Assembly: GCA_040285825.1 (NCBI GenBank)
Contig: JAUPSS010000001.1
Coordinates: forward strand, 930,001-994,000
Origin: Eukaryota sp. TZLM1-RC
Lineage: Eukaryota; Protista; Metamonada: BaSk clade
Length of the DNA stretch: 64,000 bases
Direction of reading: 5' to 3'
Part shown: one piece after another, positions 11,301 to 23,715 of the stretch
Position numbering within the stretch: the stretch's first letter is position 1
How the letters are laid out: each line of letters begins with the position of its first letter
Position numbers and translations under genes: made by a program
The notes under the pieces: model-generated
Database searches by the model: none
Told to the model about the DNA's origin: nothing
What the model saw: only the letters and a program-made list of their open reading frames with translations

Positions 11301-14300
11301 CCACACAGCAGAGATAACTCTATGATGGCGATTTGATCAATTCCTAGAGTATGTGTACCTCAAAATATCAAAATCCCATTACAATGGTTTATGCCATTAT
11401 CCCTATATATATTAATGCGAGTGTGAGTGGGTGTTATATTCAATTAGTCTTTTTCATAAAATAAATAACAGTGGTTTTGATTTGAATTCCTCATGAAAAC
11501 TAACTGTTATAGGCCACTGGGCAGGATATCCTAAAGCTAATGACGCTACCTCTGGTTATTTGCTCCAGCACGATGGTTTCAATGTTCTTATTGATTGTGG
11601 TAGTGGTGTATTGTCCAACATGTTGCACTTCGTTTCTTACACCGAACTGCATGCAGTTGTCATCTCCCACTACCACCATGATCATATTGCTGACGTAGGT
11701 CCACTACAATACGCTAGGCTAGTGGAAACACAGCTAGGCAAGGTGAATTCTCCACTCAAAGTATATGGCCCATCATAATAATATATATATAATAATGAAA
11801 TTCATAGCAGTTTTTCCAAGACGACCATACAAGGATATAGCAAATGGGCAAATTTGGTATTCTACATGGCGAACATGTTTCAATTTTTTTAAAGGATTTG
11901 CATATTTTTTCCGTTTGTACAATTCGGAGTCATCAAGGGGGGATACTTCATATATTCATATCATATTCTTTCAAGAAGAAAACTATTTGATGCCGTTAGG
12001 CAGATGAACACACGAAACAAAGAGAGAATTCTGAGTTTATAAAATTAATTCATAAACCAATATCACGAAGAAATCTACTAAATCAATTTAAGTTAAACAA
12101 CAACACTTTTTTCCGTTTTTTTGAAGACATTGAGCAATACATGAACACGGCAGAAAAAGAAGTTGTCCAATTTTTCCGGTAATTTTTTGACATCATTACA
12201 CACAGTTCAAATGTACATTTGTTGGTATAAGTTGAGAAGTCGAGATGAACAGAATGACATAACATATATTATTGACATTATTAGTCTCAATAAACTAGAA
12301 GGAACCATCACATTCGCTACTGAAGAACAGCTAACCTGCATTCCAGGCTACACCTTCAGTTGTTGTTGAATTAAAATTGATTTAGTAGGGTTCTTTGTAA
12401 TTCGACTGCTCACGTTATACTCGATTATGAATCAGTTATTGATAAACTTAGTGTTCTCTCTCCTTCGTGTGTTCATCTGCATAACGGCATCACCTTTTTC
12501 ATAGGCAACGCAAAAACTGAGTCAAAGTATATGGTTTAATTACCTTACGTGTTTTTAAAGACGATCACAGATGTTTGGTCATCAAACATTTGTATATTTT
12601 TCAAATTTATCTCAACAAATATCACCCATAAAAAACACCTGCAACCTCAAAGGTTTCGGGAATAACAGAATGTGAATTTATGCATTTCCAATCAGCTCAA
12701 TCAAAAAAAATGCCACCTCAAATATGAAACATATTATATGAAACAAAAAAATCTTGGTTGTCGATAAAGACAGTGAAAAAAATCAACAGAACAAGAACTC
12801 ACAGATGACGTGCTCTCAATCATTTATATCTTCAATTGCAGACAAATGGGTAGACGAAGGTATAAAAGCACAAAAGGTGAGAATTTATCCATCGAGGTTA
12901 CAGAAGAAAATTCTTCGTAAAATTACCCATAAAGGAGAATTCCATTTTGCATCCCGCTCATCATATCACAAACAAGACATTACCCCATTGGTTGCCCTAA
13001 CTTTTTGAGAGACAAACAAAGGCATTGGGTAGAGCATATCACTGAACTTGAATTATGTCTTTACACCCAAGATCACCATTATAAATACAACTGTCTAATA
13101 TCAATTTTTCCTGTCAAAGTAGTTATACCAACATCCACACAGCAGAGATAACTCTATGATGGCGATTTGATCAATTCCTAGAGTATGTGTACCTCAAAAT
13201 ATCAAATCCCATTACAATGGTTTATGCCATTATCCCTATATATATTAATGCGAGTGTGAGTGGGTGTTATATTCAATTAGTCTTTTTCATAAAAATAAAT
13301 AACAGTGTTTTTGATTGAATTCCTCATGAAACTAACTGTTATAGGCCACTGGGCAGGATATCCTAAAGCTAATGACGCTACCTCTGGTTATTTGCTCCAG
13401 CACGATGGTTTCAATGTTCTTATTGATTGTGGTAGTGGTGTATTGTCCAACATGTTGCACTTCGTTTCTTACACCGAACTGCATGCAGTTGTCATCTCCC
13501 ACTACCACCATGATCATATTGCTGACGTAGGTCCACTACAATACGCTAGGCTAGTGGAAACACAGCTAGGCAAGGTGAATTCTCCACTCAAAGTATATGG
13601 CCCATCATAATAATATATATATAATAATGAAATTCATAGCAGTTTTTCCAAGACGACCATACAAGGATATAGCAAATGGGCAAATTTGGTATTCTACATG
13701 GCGAACATGTTTCAATTTTTTTAAAGGATTTGCATATTTTTTTCCGTTTGTACAATTCGGAGTCATCAAGGGGGATACTTCATATATTCATATCATATTC
13801 TTTCAAGAAGAAAACTATTTGATGCCGTTAGGCAGATGAACACACGAAACAAAGAGAGAATTCTGAGTTTATAAAATTAATTCATAAACCAATATCACGA
13901 AGAAATCTACTAAATCAATTTAAGTTAAACAACAACACTTTTTTCCGTTTTTTTTGAAGACATTGAGCAATACATGAACACGGCAGAAAAAGAAGTTGTC
14001 CAATTTTTCCGGTAATTTTTTGACATCATTACACACAGTTCAAATGTACATTTGTTGGTATAAGTTGAGAAGTCGAGATGAACAGAATGACATAACATAT
14101 ATTATTGACATTATTAGTCTCAATAAACTAGAAGGAACCATCACATTCGCTACTGAAGAACAGCTAACCTGCATTCCAGGCTACACCTTCAGTTGTTGTT
14201 GAATTAAAATTGATTTAGTAGGGTTCTTTGTAATTCGACTGCTCACGTTATACTCGATTATGAATCAGTTATTGATAAACTTAGTGTTCTCTCTCCTTCG

Positions 14301-17129
14301 TGTGTTCATCTGCATAACGGCATCACCTTTTCATAGGCAACGCAAAACTGGGTCAAAGTATATGGTTTAATTACCTTACGTGTTTTAAAGACGATCACAG
14401 ATGTTTGGTCATCAAACATTTGTATATTTTTCAAATTTATCTCAACAAATATCACCCATAAAAAACACCTGCAACCTCAAAGGTTTCGGAATAACAGAAT
14501 GTGAATTTATGCATTTCCAATCAGCTCAATCAAAAAATGCCACCTCAAATATGAAACATATTATATGAAACAAAAATCTTGGTTGTCGATAAAGACAGTG
14601 AAAAATCAACAGAACAAGAACTCACAGATGACGTGCTCTCAATCATTTATATCTTCAATTGCAGACAAATGGGTAGACGAAGGTATAAAAGCACAAAAGG
14701 TGAGAATTTATCCATCGAGGTTACAGAAGAAAATTCTTCGTAAAATTACCCATAAAGGAGAATTCCATTTTGCATCCCGCTCATCATATCACAAACAAGA
14801 CATTACCCCATTGGTTGCCCTAACTTTTGAGAGACAAACAAAGGCATTGGGTAGAGCATATTTGGAAGATGAAACTTATTCATAAATGTTTATTTCATTA
14901 ATAAATTGAATTTCTATAATTGAATATCATACAATGCTTCACTGAACTTGAATTATGTCTTTACACCCAAGATCACCATTATAAATACAACTGTCTAATA
15001 TCAATTTTTCCTGTCAAAGTAGTTATACCAACATCCACACAGCAGAGATAACTCTATGATGGCGATTTGATCAATTCCTAGAGTATGTGTACCTCAAAAT
15101 ATCAAATCCCATTACAATGGTTTATGCCATTATCCTATATATATTAATGCGAGTGTGAGTGGGTGTTATATTCAATTAGTCTTTTCATAAAATAAATAAC
15201 AGTGTTTTGATTGAATTCCTCATGAAACTAACTGTTATAGGCCACTGGGCAGGATATCCTAAAGCTAATGACGCTACCTCTGGTTATTTGCTCCAGCACG
15301 ATGGTTTCAATGTTCTTATTGATTGTGGTAGTGGTGTATTGTCCAACATGTTGCACTTCGTTTCTTACACCGAACTGCATGCAGTTGTCATCTCCCACTA
15401 CCACCATGATCATATTGCTGACGTAGGTCCACTACAATACGCTAGGCTAGTGGAAACACAGCTAGGCAAGGTGAATTCTCCACTCAAAGTATATGGCCCA
15501 TCATAATAATATATATAATAATGAAATTCATAGCAGTTTTTCCAAGACGACCATACAAGGATATAGCAAATGGGCAAATTTGGTATTCTACATGGCGAAC
15601 ATGTTTCAATTTTTTTAAAGGATTTGCATATTTTTTCCGTTTGTACAATTCGGAGTCATCAAGGGGGATACTTCATATATTCATATCATATTCTTTCAAG
15701 AAGAAAAACTATTTGATGCCGTTAGGCAGATGAACACACGAAACAAAGAGAGAATTCTGAGTTTATAAAATTAATTCATAAACCAATATCACGAAGAAAT
15801 CTACTAAATCAATTTAAGTTAAACAACAACACTTTTTTCCGTTTTTTTTTGAAGACATTGAGCAATACATGAACACGGCAGAAAAAAAGAAGTTGTCCAA
15901 TTTTTTTCCGGTAATTTTTTTGACATCATTACACACAGTTCAAATGTACATTTGTTGGTATAAGTTGAGAAGTCGAGATGAACAGAATGACATAACATAT
16001 ATTATTGACATTATTAGTCTCAATAAACTAGAAGGAACCATCACATTCGCTACTGAAGAACAGCTAACCTGCATTCCAGGCTACACCTTCAGTTGTTGTT
16101 GAATTAAAATTGATTTAGTAGGGTTCTTTGTAATTCGACTGCTCACGTTATACTCGATTATGAATCAGTTATTGATAAACTTAGTGTTCTCTCTCCTTCG
16201 TGTGTTCATCTGCATAACGGCATCACCTTTTCATAGGCAACGCAAAACTGGGTCAAAGTATATGGTTTAATTACCTTACGTGTTTTAAAGACGATCACAG
16301 ATGTTTGGTCATCAAACATTTGTATATTTTTTTCAAATTTATCTCAACAAATATCACCCATAAAAAACACCTGCAACCTCAAAGGTTTCGGAATAACAGA
16401 ATGTGAATTTATGCATTTCCAATCAGCTCAATCAAAAAATGCCACCTCAAATATGAAACATATTATATGAAACAAAAATCTTGGTTGTCGATAAAGACAG
16501 TGAAAAAAATCAACAGAACAAGAACTCACAGATGACGTGCTCTCAATCATTTATATCTTCAATTGCAGACAAATGGGTAGACGAAGGTATAAAAGCACAA
16601 AAGGTGAGAATTTATCCATCGAGGTTACAGAAGAAAATTCTTCGTAAAATTACCCATAAAGGAGAATTCCATTTTGCATCCCGCTCATCATATCACAAAC
16701 AAGACATTACCCCATTGGTTGCCCTAACTTTTGAGAGACAAACAAAGGCATTGGGTAGAGCATATTTGGAAGATGAAACTTATTCATAAATGTTTATTTC
16801 ATTAATAAATTGAATTTCTATAATTGAATATCATACAATGCTTCACTGAACTTGAATTATGTCTTTACACCCAAGATCACCATTATAAATACAACTGTCT
16901 AATATCAATTTTTTTCCTGTCAAAGTAGTTATACCAACATCCACACAGCAGAGATAACTCTATGATGGCGATTTGATCAATTCCTAGAGTATGTGTACCT
17001 CAAAATATCAAAACCCATTAGAATGGTTTATGCCATTATCCTATATATATTAATGCGAGTGTGAGTGGGTGTTATATTCAATTAGTCTTTTTCATAAAAA
17101 TAAATAACAGTGGTTTGATTGAATTCCTC

Positions 17130-17866
17130 ATGAAACTAACTGTTATAGGCCACTGGGCAGGATATCCTAAAAGCTAATGACGCTACCTCTGGTTATTTGC
17201 TCCAGCACGATGGTTTCAATGTTCTTATTGATTGTGGTAGTGGTGTATTGTCCAACATGTTGCACTTCGTTTTCTTACACCGAACTGCATGCAGTTGTCA
17301 TCTCCCACTACCACCATGATCATATTGCTGACGTAGGTCCACTACAATACGCTAGGCTAGTGGAAACACAGCTAGGCAAGGTGAATTCTCCACTCAAAGT
17401 ATATGGCCCATCGTATGATCAGGATACACTGTCAAAGTTAAAGAAACCTCCATTTGTTGACACTGTTCCATATGACCCGCAAAGCCGAAAAACAATAGGT
17501 CCATTTGAGTTGGAATTTCATGAAAATATCCACTCAATTAAATCATTTGCCATTAAGGCTACTTGTGGATCCAAATCAGTAGCTTATTCAGGAGACACTG
17601 CCTATCATGAGACATTGGCAGAGTTTGTTAGTGATGTAGATTTGTTCATTTGCGAGGCGAGCTTCTATCCTTGGCAAGATGCAGTGCCTTATGGACACTT
17701 AACAAGTACAGAAGCAGCGAGAATTGCTCAAAAAGCGTCAGTAAATCATCTTTTACTTACACATTTACCTCACTTCGGAAATGTAAACGAGTTGCTTGAG
17801 GATGCTAAGAAACATTTCGAACAGAGAACGAGTCTGGCATTCAAAGGGTGGTGTTGTGAGATATAG
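17130..17866 (+). CDS. YhfI-like MBL-fold metallo-hydrolase, full-length copy with two +1 homopolymer indels (likely sequencing errors)
   Basis: 737 bp versus 735 bp for the intact paralog. Extra A near 17171 and extra T near 17272. Confidence 0.75.
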
Positions 17867-18053
17867 TTGTTTTTGTGGTTTGATTCCATTGGAATGTGGA
17901 AGTGTAAAGAAAATGGTGTGCTGTTAAAGTAACTACAAGTGATTCAATCAATCAAGATGATTCAATCAATCAACATTTTGACACCATAAATTCAATAGAC
18001 TTGATGACTAGACACTAGCATTAGTAGAGAAAAATTGGTTAATGAAACTTTAT

Positions 18054-19391
18054 TTATAAGTCAAGTTTGAGACAACTTTTGACAATTTTCTTCAAAAAAG
18101 ATTTCTTGACAAATTCAGGATCTTGGTTGACATTCCAATGCCCATATTTTCTATAACAAGAAGAGTCGTTTTTCCTATCACACTTGTCGCCAAACTTGCA
18201 CTTATAAGGAATCACTGGTATAGGTTCATGGGAAAAAGTGAAGCGATGAAGAGGATCCTTAAGACCTTCACAACTTACCCCATGTTCACATACTTCCAGC
18301 TCAACGTGGTCAAATAGTCTGCAGTGTTCCTCATTTTCCACATCTTTACAAAATCCTGAATATCGACAAATATGTTTAAACCCCCTTAAATGCTTCGCTC
18401 CCTCGGAGGTCTTTCCCATATGATCCACATAGTAATACTCGCAGGTATAAGGATTAGGACATTGAGGTAGTCCTGAGTTTATATTAGCAACATTTTTAGT
18501 AATAGAGGAAGATCTTGGTTTTTGAAACGATTTTGTGGATGTAAAATGTTGAAAAAATGTTCGATGGGATAGTGAAGCCAACTGGTTACAATTTTTAAAG
18601 GGGCAACGTGGAACATGGTGAAATTTTGAAATATGATCTCTTTCATCAACACGTTGACAGGGAAAGAGCAAATCATGACATGGAAGCATAAAATTTCGAG
18701 AATTTTGAATTAAATCGTATTTAATTAAATCTTGGCATTGTGCTAGACAATCCCCAAATCCACTAAATATAATTGAATCAAAAAACTTATGAAGTATGCC
18801 ATTATGCAATGCGGCCTGACAAGCAAATAAACCCTCCCTTGTAGCAAACTTAATGAATTGAGGAAGTGTGACTCCACCTTGGATTTCTACAAGTTCTTGT
18901 TGGAGAGCATCTCGGAGTTGGACCTGTAAAATGAGACATTGTGAAGTTTCGCCCAAATTGTATACGATATAGAGATTTTCTCTGTCTGAAACAGCACAAA
19001 CAGGATGATCAGGAGATCCAGAAACCCTAATGCGTGTGGTTGTCTTCAATTCAGGTTTGGTATCGGAGTTTCGTTGCCAATGACGAAGGCATACTTCGTT
19101 TTCAGATTCAACCTTTACAAATTCAACCGATACAGAGGAATCCTCGTGGAGTGTTACAACATCAGATAAATCGGAAATCATGGGGCAAAAGGACTTTCTA
19201 TTTTGGAAATCGGAGGGGTGAACATGAAGCCCAACAACATGCTGAGCAAACAGTAGATGATCAGAGAGCACAAGCTTCTGTATATTTGCTTTTGTAGATT
19301 TTTGCGTTACTTCAGGAATGTCCAAAAGGTGTAATTGTTGAAAGCTTGACCTATCACATTGGTTGAGTGACTTAACTTGTGGTGTTTCCAT
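18054..19391 (-). CDS. Chimeric protein: unrelated N-terminus fused to the PBZ-like zinc-finger C-terminus of the PARG gene (lacks PARG catalytic motifs)
   Basis: Near-identical to 26003-26740 from HKFFDSIIFSG onward; upstream part is different. The ORF is open to 19505, so the start (METPQ...) is uncertain. Confidence 0.65.
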   Translation of the reverse strand: METPQVKSLNQCDRSSFQQLHLLDIPEVTQKSTKANIQKLVLSDHLLFAQHVVGLHVHPSDFQNRKSFCPMISDLSDVVTLHEDSSVSVEFVKVESENEVCLRHWQRNSDTKPELKTTTRIRVSGSPDHPVCAVSDRENLYIVYNLGETSQCLILQVQLRDALQQELVEIQGGVTLPQFIKFATREGLFACQAALHNGILHKFFDSIIFSGFGDCLAQCQDLIKYDLIQNSRNFMLPCHDLLFPCQRVDERDHISKFHHVPRCPFKNCNQLASLSHRTFFQHFTSTKSFQKPRSSSITKNVANINSGLPQCPNPYTCEYYYVDHMGKTSEGAKHLRGFKHICRYSGFCKDVENEEHCRLFDHVELEVCEHGVSCEGLKDPLHRFTFSHEPIPVIPYKCKFGDKCDRKNDSSCYRKYGHWNVNQDPEFVKKSFLKKIVKSCLKLDL

Positions 19392-20231
19392 GATAAATCT
19401 TTGTAGTGTTTTAGCGAAAAAATATTCTGTTAGAAAGATGAAATTCTTGATACAGAATTTATATAGTTGAACAGTACGAGGACTGTTCTCCTTCAGATTT
19501 CTCATAAATTTGTCACAATGATAATGTTGTAATTGTAAGTTGCAACTGACAAAAGCAATAATAGTTAAAGACTATTATCGGTATTATAAGGTTCAGGTAA
19601 TAAACCTAGATCGTGGATTACTAGCAGAATTTAGGTTCAAATTCATTGAAATAATGTGGAGATAATGGGTGTAAATTTTTTTTGCAAAACCACAACCAAT
19701 CCGTTTTGCAATTTTTAACCTCGTTTTTCAACCCTTTGCTGAGTTTTGTGAGCTTACTAGCCTATCTTGAAATAAAATCTTCTTAAAAATTATTAATGCT
19801 TTGAACCATTACCAAACAAACCATTAAACGAGTGCCACAACACCACGTGAAACTCTGAGATATCCACATGAATGAGTAGTTTAAGTTTGTTTGGTGAACC
19901 TTTTTGCGGCAAAACTGCAAAATAAAAAGAGAAAAATCGTTCGGAATTTAATTAAATTAATTAAATAAATTTGAAGGTGACAATGTCAGTACAGCCGACT
20001 CGGCGGCCTCTGTAAACACGGACAAAACTACCCTCTCCAATAAGATCAAGTACAAGATCAATATATCAGTATAGATCAGTATAAGATCAAGGTGGTCTAG
20101 ATGGGGCACATATAGATCGTCACAAATATGTGAAATATGTTGTGTGAAATGGCACGTAGTGATGATGATCATTGAAATTAGCATGAAGGAATGTTCATTG
20201 GCAATTTTGGTAATTATCTTATTTTCTCACA

Positions 20232-22523
20232 ATGCTCTCGTGTCCACATTGTTCAATGGATTTCAACGAAGAGTCTCGTGTGCCACTGGTAGTTTGCAGT
20301 CAGCGCCATAGTGTATGCGGTGTATGCTCTGATGCTGTGGAATCCTGTCCGATCTGCAATGAAGATATCCTGCCGTCACCGGAAGTCAACATCAGTTTGC
20401 GCGATATAGCCAAAGCTTCTTGCAAGGAGGACCTCTGTGTACACATTCCCTCTAACCAGGTCAAACTTTTGCACATGATTGGACAAGGAGGATATGCACA
20501 GGTGTTTGCCGCTTCTTGGTTTGATTCAGACGTCGCCGCCAAGACTGTTGCTCTCACAGAAGAAGGTAAGAAACGACTGAGGAAAGAGATTGGTATTATG
20601 GCCAAGATTGATCATCCCTTTATCCTCCGCGTTTTTGGTCTGGTCAGCTTAATGGACAGACTCGCCATAATTATGGAACTTGCTGAAGGTTCTCTGTCAG
20701 TGCCGTCAAGATTGACTAAACAAAGTCTCTTGTTTGCCAAGAAGATCTGCCAGGCAGTCCGTTTCCTGCACTCCAAATCACTTGCGCATGGAGATCTCAA
20801 GCCCGAAAACATTCTTTTTGTCAGTGGGCAAATCAAATTGGCCGATTTTGGAACATCCAGGACTGTTGCCAAGACTTCCACGGCCACCAATCTATCATGT
20901 ACAGCTCGGTATGCAGCCTTGGAACAGTTTGAGAACAAATTGTCTCTTGCCTCAGACATCTATGCAATTGGAATCATCCTTTGTGAGTTACTCTGTAATT
21001 ATAGGCCATTTGTCAATATGGATCAGCTTGCCATAATGGGAGCTAAGTATTTCAAGACACCATTTGCTTTGGGTGAACACGTTCCCAGTGTGCTCAAAGA
21101 ATTAATCGCCCAATGTTGCTCTTCAGATCCAGCTGCCAGACCAAGTATTGCTCAAGTTCTTCTAGTTTTGGATCAATTGGATGACTTTGCTGAAGAAGGT
21201 GATGAAAATCCTATTAATATTAACAATGATGTTCAAACGCAACTGCAATCTGCAAACTCCACAATCGAGTCTCTACGAAAGAATGTTGCTGATTTGGAGG
21301 CTTCCAATCAACAACTCACCAACGATTTGACAGAACGGGATTCCAGAATTGCCCGGTTGGAAGAAGAACGGGCCGGTATCAATGCCTCCAATCAACACCT
21401 CAGTCACTCTTTGGAAGAACGTGATGCTAGAATTGCCACCATGGAAGAAGCTTTAAATTCCAGCAACGCCGGTATTGCTGAGAAAGATACAGAAATTGCC
21501 AACCTTAGATCTACCATTGATGAATTGGAAAAGCAAAATACTCTACTCAGTAGAACTAATTCTGACCTAGCAAGCAGAATTGCTGACCTTGAAGCATTGT
21601 TGAGAGAGTGCGATTGTAATCAACCTTTGAACAATATCGATCATCATCCTCCATCAAAGGAAGAAATTTTGGAAGACATCAAGTCGAATGTAAATTGGAA
21701 TGGATTGGGAGATGAGGTGAGGAAGGGTGTTGAGGCTTTGGTTGATGGTTCTATCACTATATTGCAACTTCCGAACAACAACATTACCTCTGAAGGCGCT
21801 AGTGCTCTCGCCCGTGCTCTGGAGAACAATTCCACTCTGACTAGATTGAATCTTTACAAAAACAACATTACCGATGAAGGCGCTAGTGCTCTCGCCCGTG
21901 CTCTGGAGAGCAATTCCACTCTGACTGGATTGTATCTTCGGTCCAACAACATTACCTTTAAAGGCGTTAGTGCTCTCGCCCATGCTCTGGAGAGCAATTC
22001 CTCTCTGACTACATTGTATCTTCAGTCCAACAACATTACCGATGAAGGCGCTAGTGCTCTCGCCCGTGCTCTGGAGAGCAATTCCACTCTGACTGAATTG
22101 AATCTTCGGTCCAACAACATTACCGATGAAGGCGCTAGTGCTCTCGCCCGTGCTCTGGAGAGCAATTCCACTCTGACTGAATTGAATCTTCGGTCCAACA
22201 ACATTACCGCTGAAGGCGCTAGTGCTCTCGCCCGTGCTCTGGAGAGCAATTCCACTCTGACTGAATTGAATCTTTGGAACAACAACATTACCTCTGAAGG
22301 CGCTAGTGCTCTCGCCAGTGCTTTGGAGAGCAATTCCACTCTGACTAGATTGGATCTTTACGAAAACAACATTACCTCTGAAGGCGCTAGTGCTCTCGCC
22401 AGTGCTTTGGAGAGCAATTCCACTCTGACTGAATTGGGTCTTCAGTACAACAACATTAGCATTCCAACCATATCCAAACTTCGACAAATAGCATCTAATC
22501 GTTGTCTCCGAATTTTCGTTTAA
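20232..22523 (+). CDS. RING, kinase, coiled coil, LRR paralog (9 LRR strands), 763 aa
   Basis: RING and kinase almost identical to 2096-5317; 11 fewer LRRs, with different variable residues. Confidence 0.93.
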   Translation: MLSCPHCSMDFNEESRVPLVVCSQRHSVCGVCSDAVESCPICNEDILPSPEVNISLRDIAKASCKEDLCVHIPSNQVKLLHMIGQGGYAQVFAASWFDSDVAAKTVALTEEGKKRLRKEIGIMAKIDHPFILRVFGLVSLMDRLAIIMELAEGSLSVPSRLTKQSLLFAKKICQAVRFLHSKSLAHGDLKPENILFVSGQIKLADFGTSRTVAKTSTATNLSCTARYAALEQFENKLSLASDIYAIGIILCELLCNYRPFVNMDQLAIMGAKYFKTPFALGEHVPSVLKELIAQCCSSDPAARPSIAQVLLVLDQLDDFAEEGDENPININNDVQTQLQSANSTIESLRKNVADLEASNQQLTNDLTERDSRIARLEEERAGINASNQHLSHSLEERDARIATMEEALNSSNAGIAEKDTEIANLRSTIDELEKQNTLLSRTNSDLASRIADLEALLRECDCNQPLNNIDHHPPSKEEILEDIKSNVNWNGLGDEVRKGVEALVDGSITILQLPNNNITSEGASALARALENNSTLTRLNLYKNNITDEGASALARALESNSTLTGLYLRSNNITFKGVSALAHALESNSSLTTLYLQSNNITDEGASALARALESNSTLTELNLRSNNITDEGASALARALESNSTLTELNLRSNNITAEGASALARALESNSTLTELNLWNNNITSEGASALASALESNSTLTRLDLYENNITSEGASALASALESNSTLTELGLQYNNISIPTISKLRQIASNRCLRIFV

Positions 22524-22636
22524 TAAACACATTTCAATTACTTTTTTCATCAATACAAAAGCAACTATAAAATCGTCCAACATCAATACAAATCAAAACC
22601 CAATATAAACTGGAAAAATCAACATCCTCATTTGCC

Positions 22637-22707
22637 AACATCGTAGTCCAGTGGGTTTGCTCTTCGTTCTCTGCTTTGGCAACTGGGTTCGAATCCCATC
22701 TGCTGTA
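22637..22707 (+). pseudogene. tRNA-derived A-box/B-box element, copy 2
   Basis: TAGTCCAGTGG and TGGGTTCGAATCCCA (4-bp T-stem intact). Confidence 0.45.
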
Positions 22708-22959
22708 CTTCTGGCAAAAGGGGACCCCAAAGTGGGATCCAGCATTTCCTTTCCCACTTTCCGGGTCTGACTGCATGGTGCTTGATCAATGAGGGTGATT
22801 CTGAAGATTGGGCATTTTAGGTTTTTGTGGATCTTGATTTAGCATGTTATTCGCAAAAATTTCCTTTTGTGAGTAATTGTTACTGTAATTTTAACAAAAA
22901 TATTCGTTTTCTACGCAGATCAAATCAAATCAAAACAATCTAAAGCACATAAGAAACAA

Positions 22960-23715
22960 AACTATTTGGGAACGCTTCTGTACAAAGCGAAAATGATACG
23001 ATTTTTCCATATATTCTCTAAAATTTTTCCCACTTGAACGACATAAATTACCAAAATCATTGATGAAATTCAAGGCGGATTGTCCAATGTTGCCAAAAAT
23101 CGAAAAGGCAAAAGGAACAAACAAAAAACTTCGAATAAAGGTTCTTATTTAAATCATTTAATATCTCAGTATATTTATCTCTCTTACGATCTTCAGCCTT
23201 GTTTAAATGGCCATTAGTACTAAGTAAAACATCATCGCGATAAAACAAAGCAAGGGATCAACTGTAGTGAAATCAACAACAACTTGAGAGGAATCCACAA
23301 TATTTCCACAATATTTCCATCTTTTATGCATAACTTTTAATCCAATAAAGAATAAAATAATCAAATACACAACTAAAACTCCATATCCTCAAAGTGTGCC
23401 TCCTCTACCACAAAACAATCAATTACTAAAGATTCAGAATATTTCCCAAAAAAATGCAGAACGAATCAGAAATTAATTCACCATTCCCTTAAAAATATAT
23501 AATACAATCCGGTTTTGCCAGTAAACACACTTGAAAATTCTTCCAGTTCTTTCCTTTTCAACTACATCAAAATTCTTGACGGAGACCATTGCAGCCTTAT
23601 CCAAAGACCCAAGCAAGGAAAAAACAAATGAACATAAAATGTATTGGGCATGTGAATATTCATTGACAAAAGAAGTATGTTTCACGAATTAAAAAATTTT
23701 GTATTTTTCGCCAGT
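22960..23715 (-). mobile_element. Decayed non-LTR RLE fragments (duplicate of 5750-6500)
   Basis: LNKAEDRKRDKY, FVPFAFSIFGNIGQSALNF and YWQNRIVLYIFKG. Confidence 0.65.

Larger units (their letters stand above)
6500..17412. repeat. Tandem array of ~1.81-1.89-kb units (5 full units plus a 6th running into the full-length MBL gene)
   Basis: Units start at caagaagaaaactatttgatgccg: 6500, 8314, 10131, 11972, 13804, 15697. Units 1-4 lack a 78-bp segment (14861-14938 in unit 5). Confidence 0.96.
1992..18791. repeat. Segmental duplication, copy 1 (kinase-LRR, tRNA-like element, RLE/IS607 relics, MBL hydrolase, PBZ 3' half), internally expanded by a tandem array
   Basis: Colinear and highly similar to 20122-26740. 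Homology begins at acaaatatRtgaaatatgttgtgtgaaatggcac and ends at attgaatcaaaaaactt. Confidence 0.93.

Noticed and set aside
21654-22586. 310-aa antisense ORF and other antisense ORFs over the LRR and 420-bp repeats
   Set aside because: Shadow frames produced by repeat periodicity.
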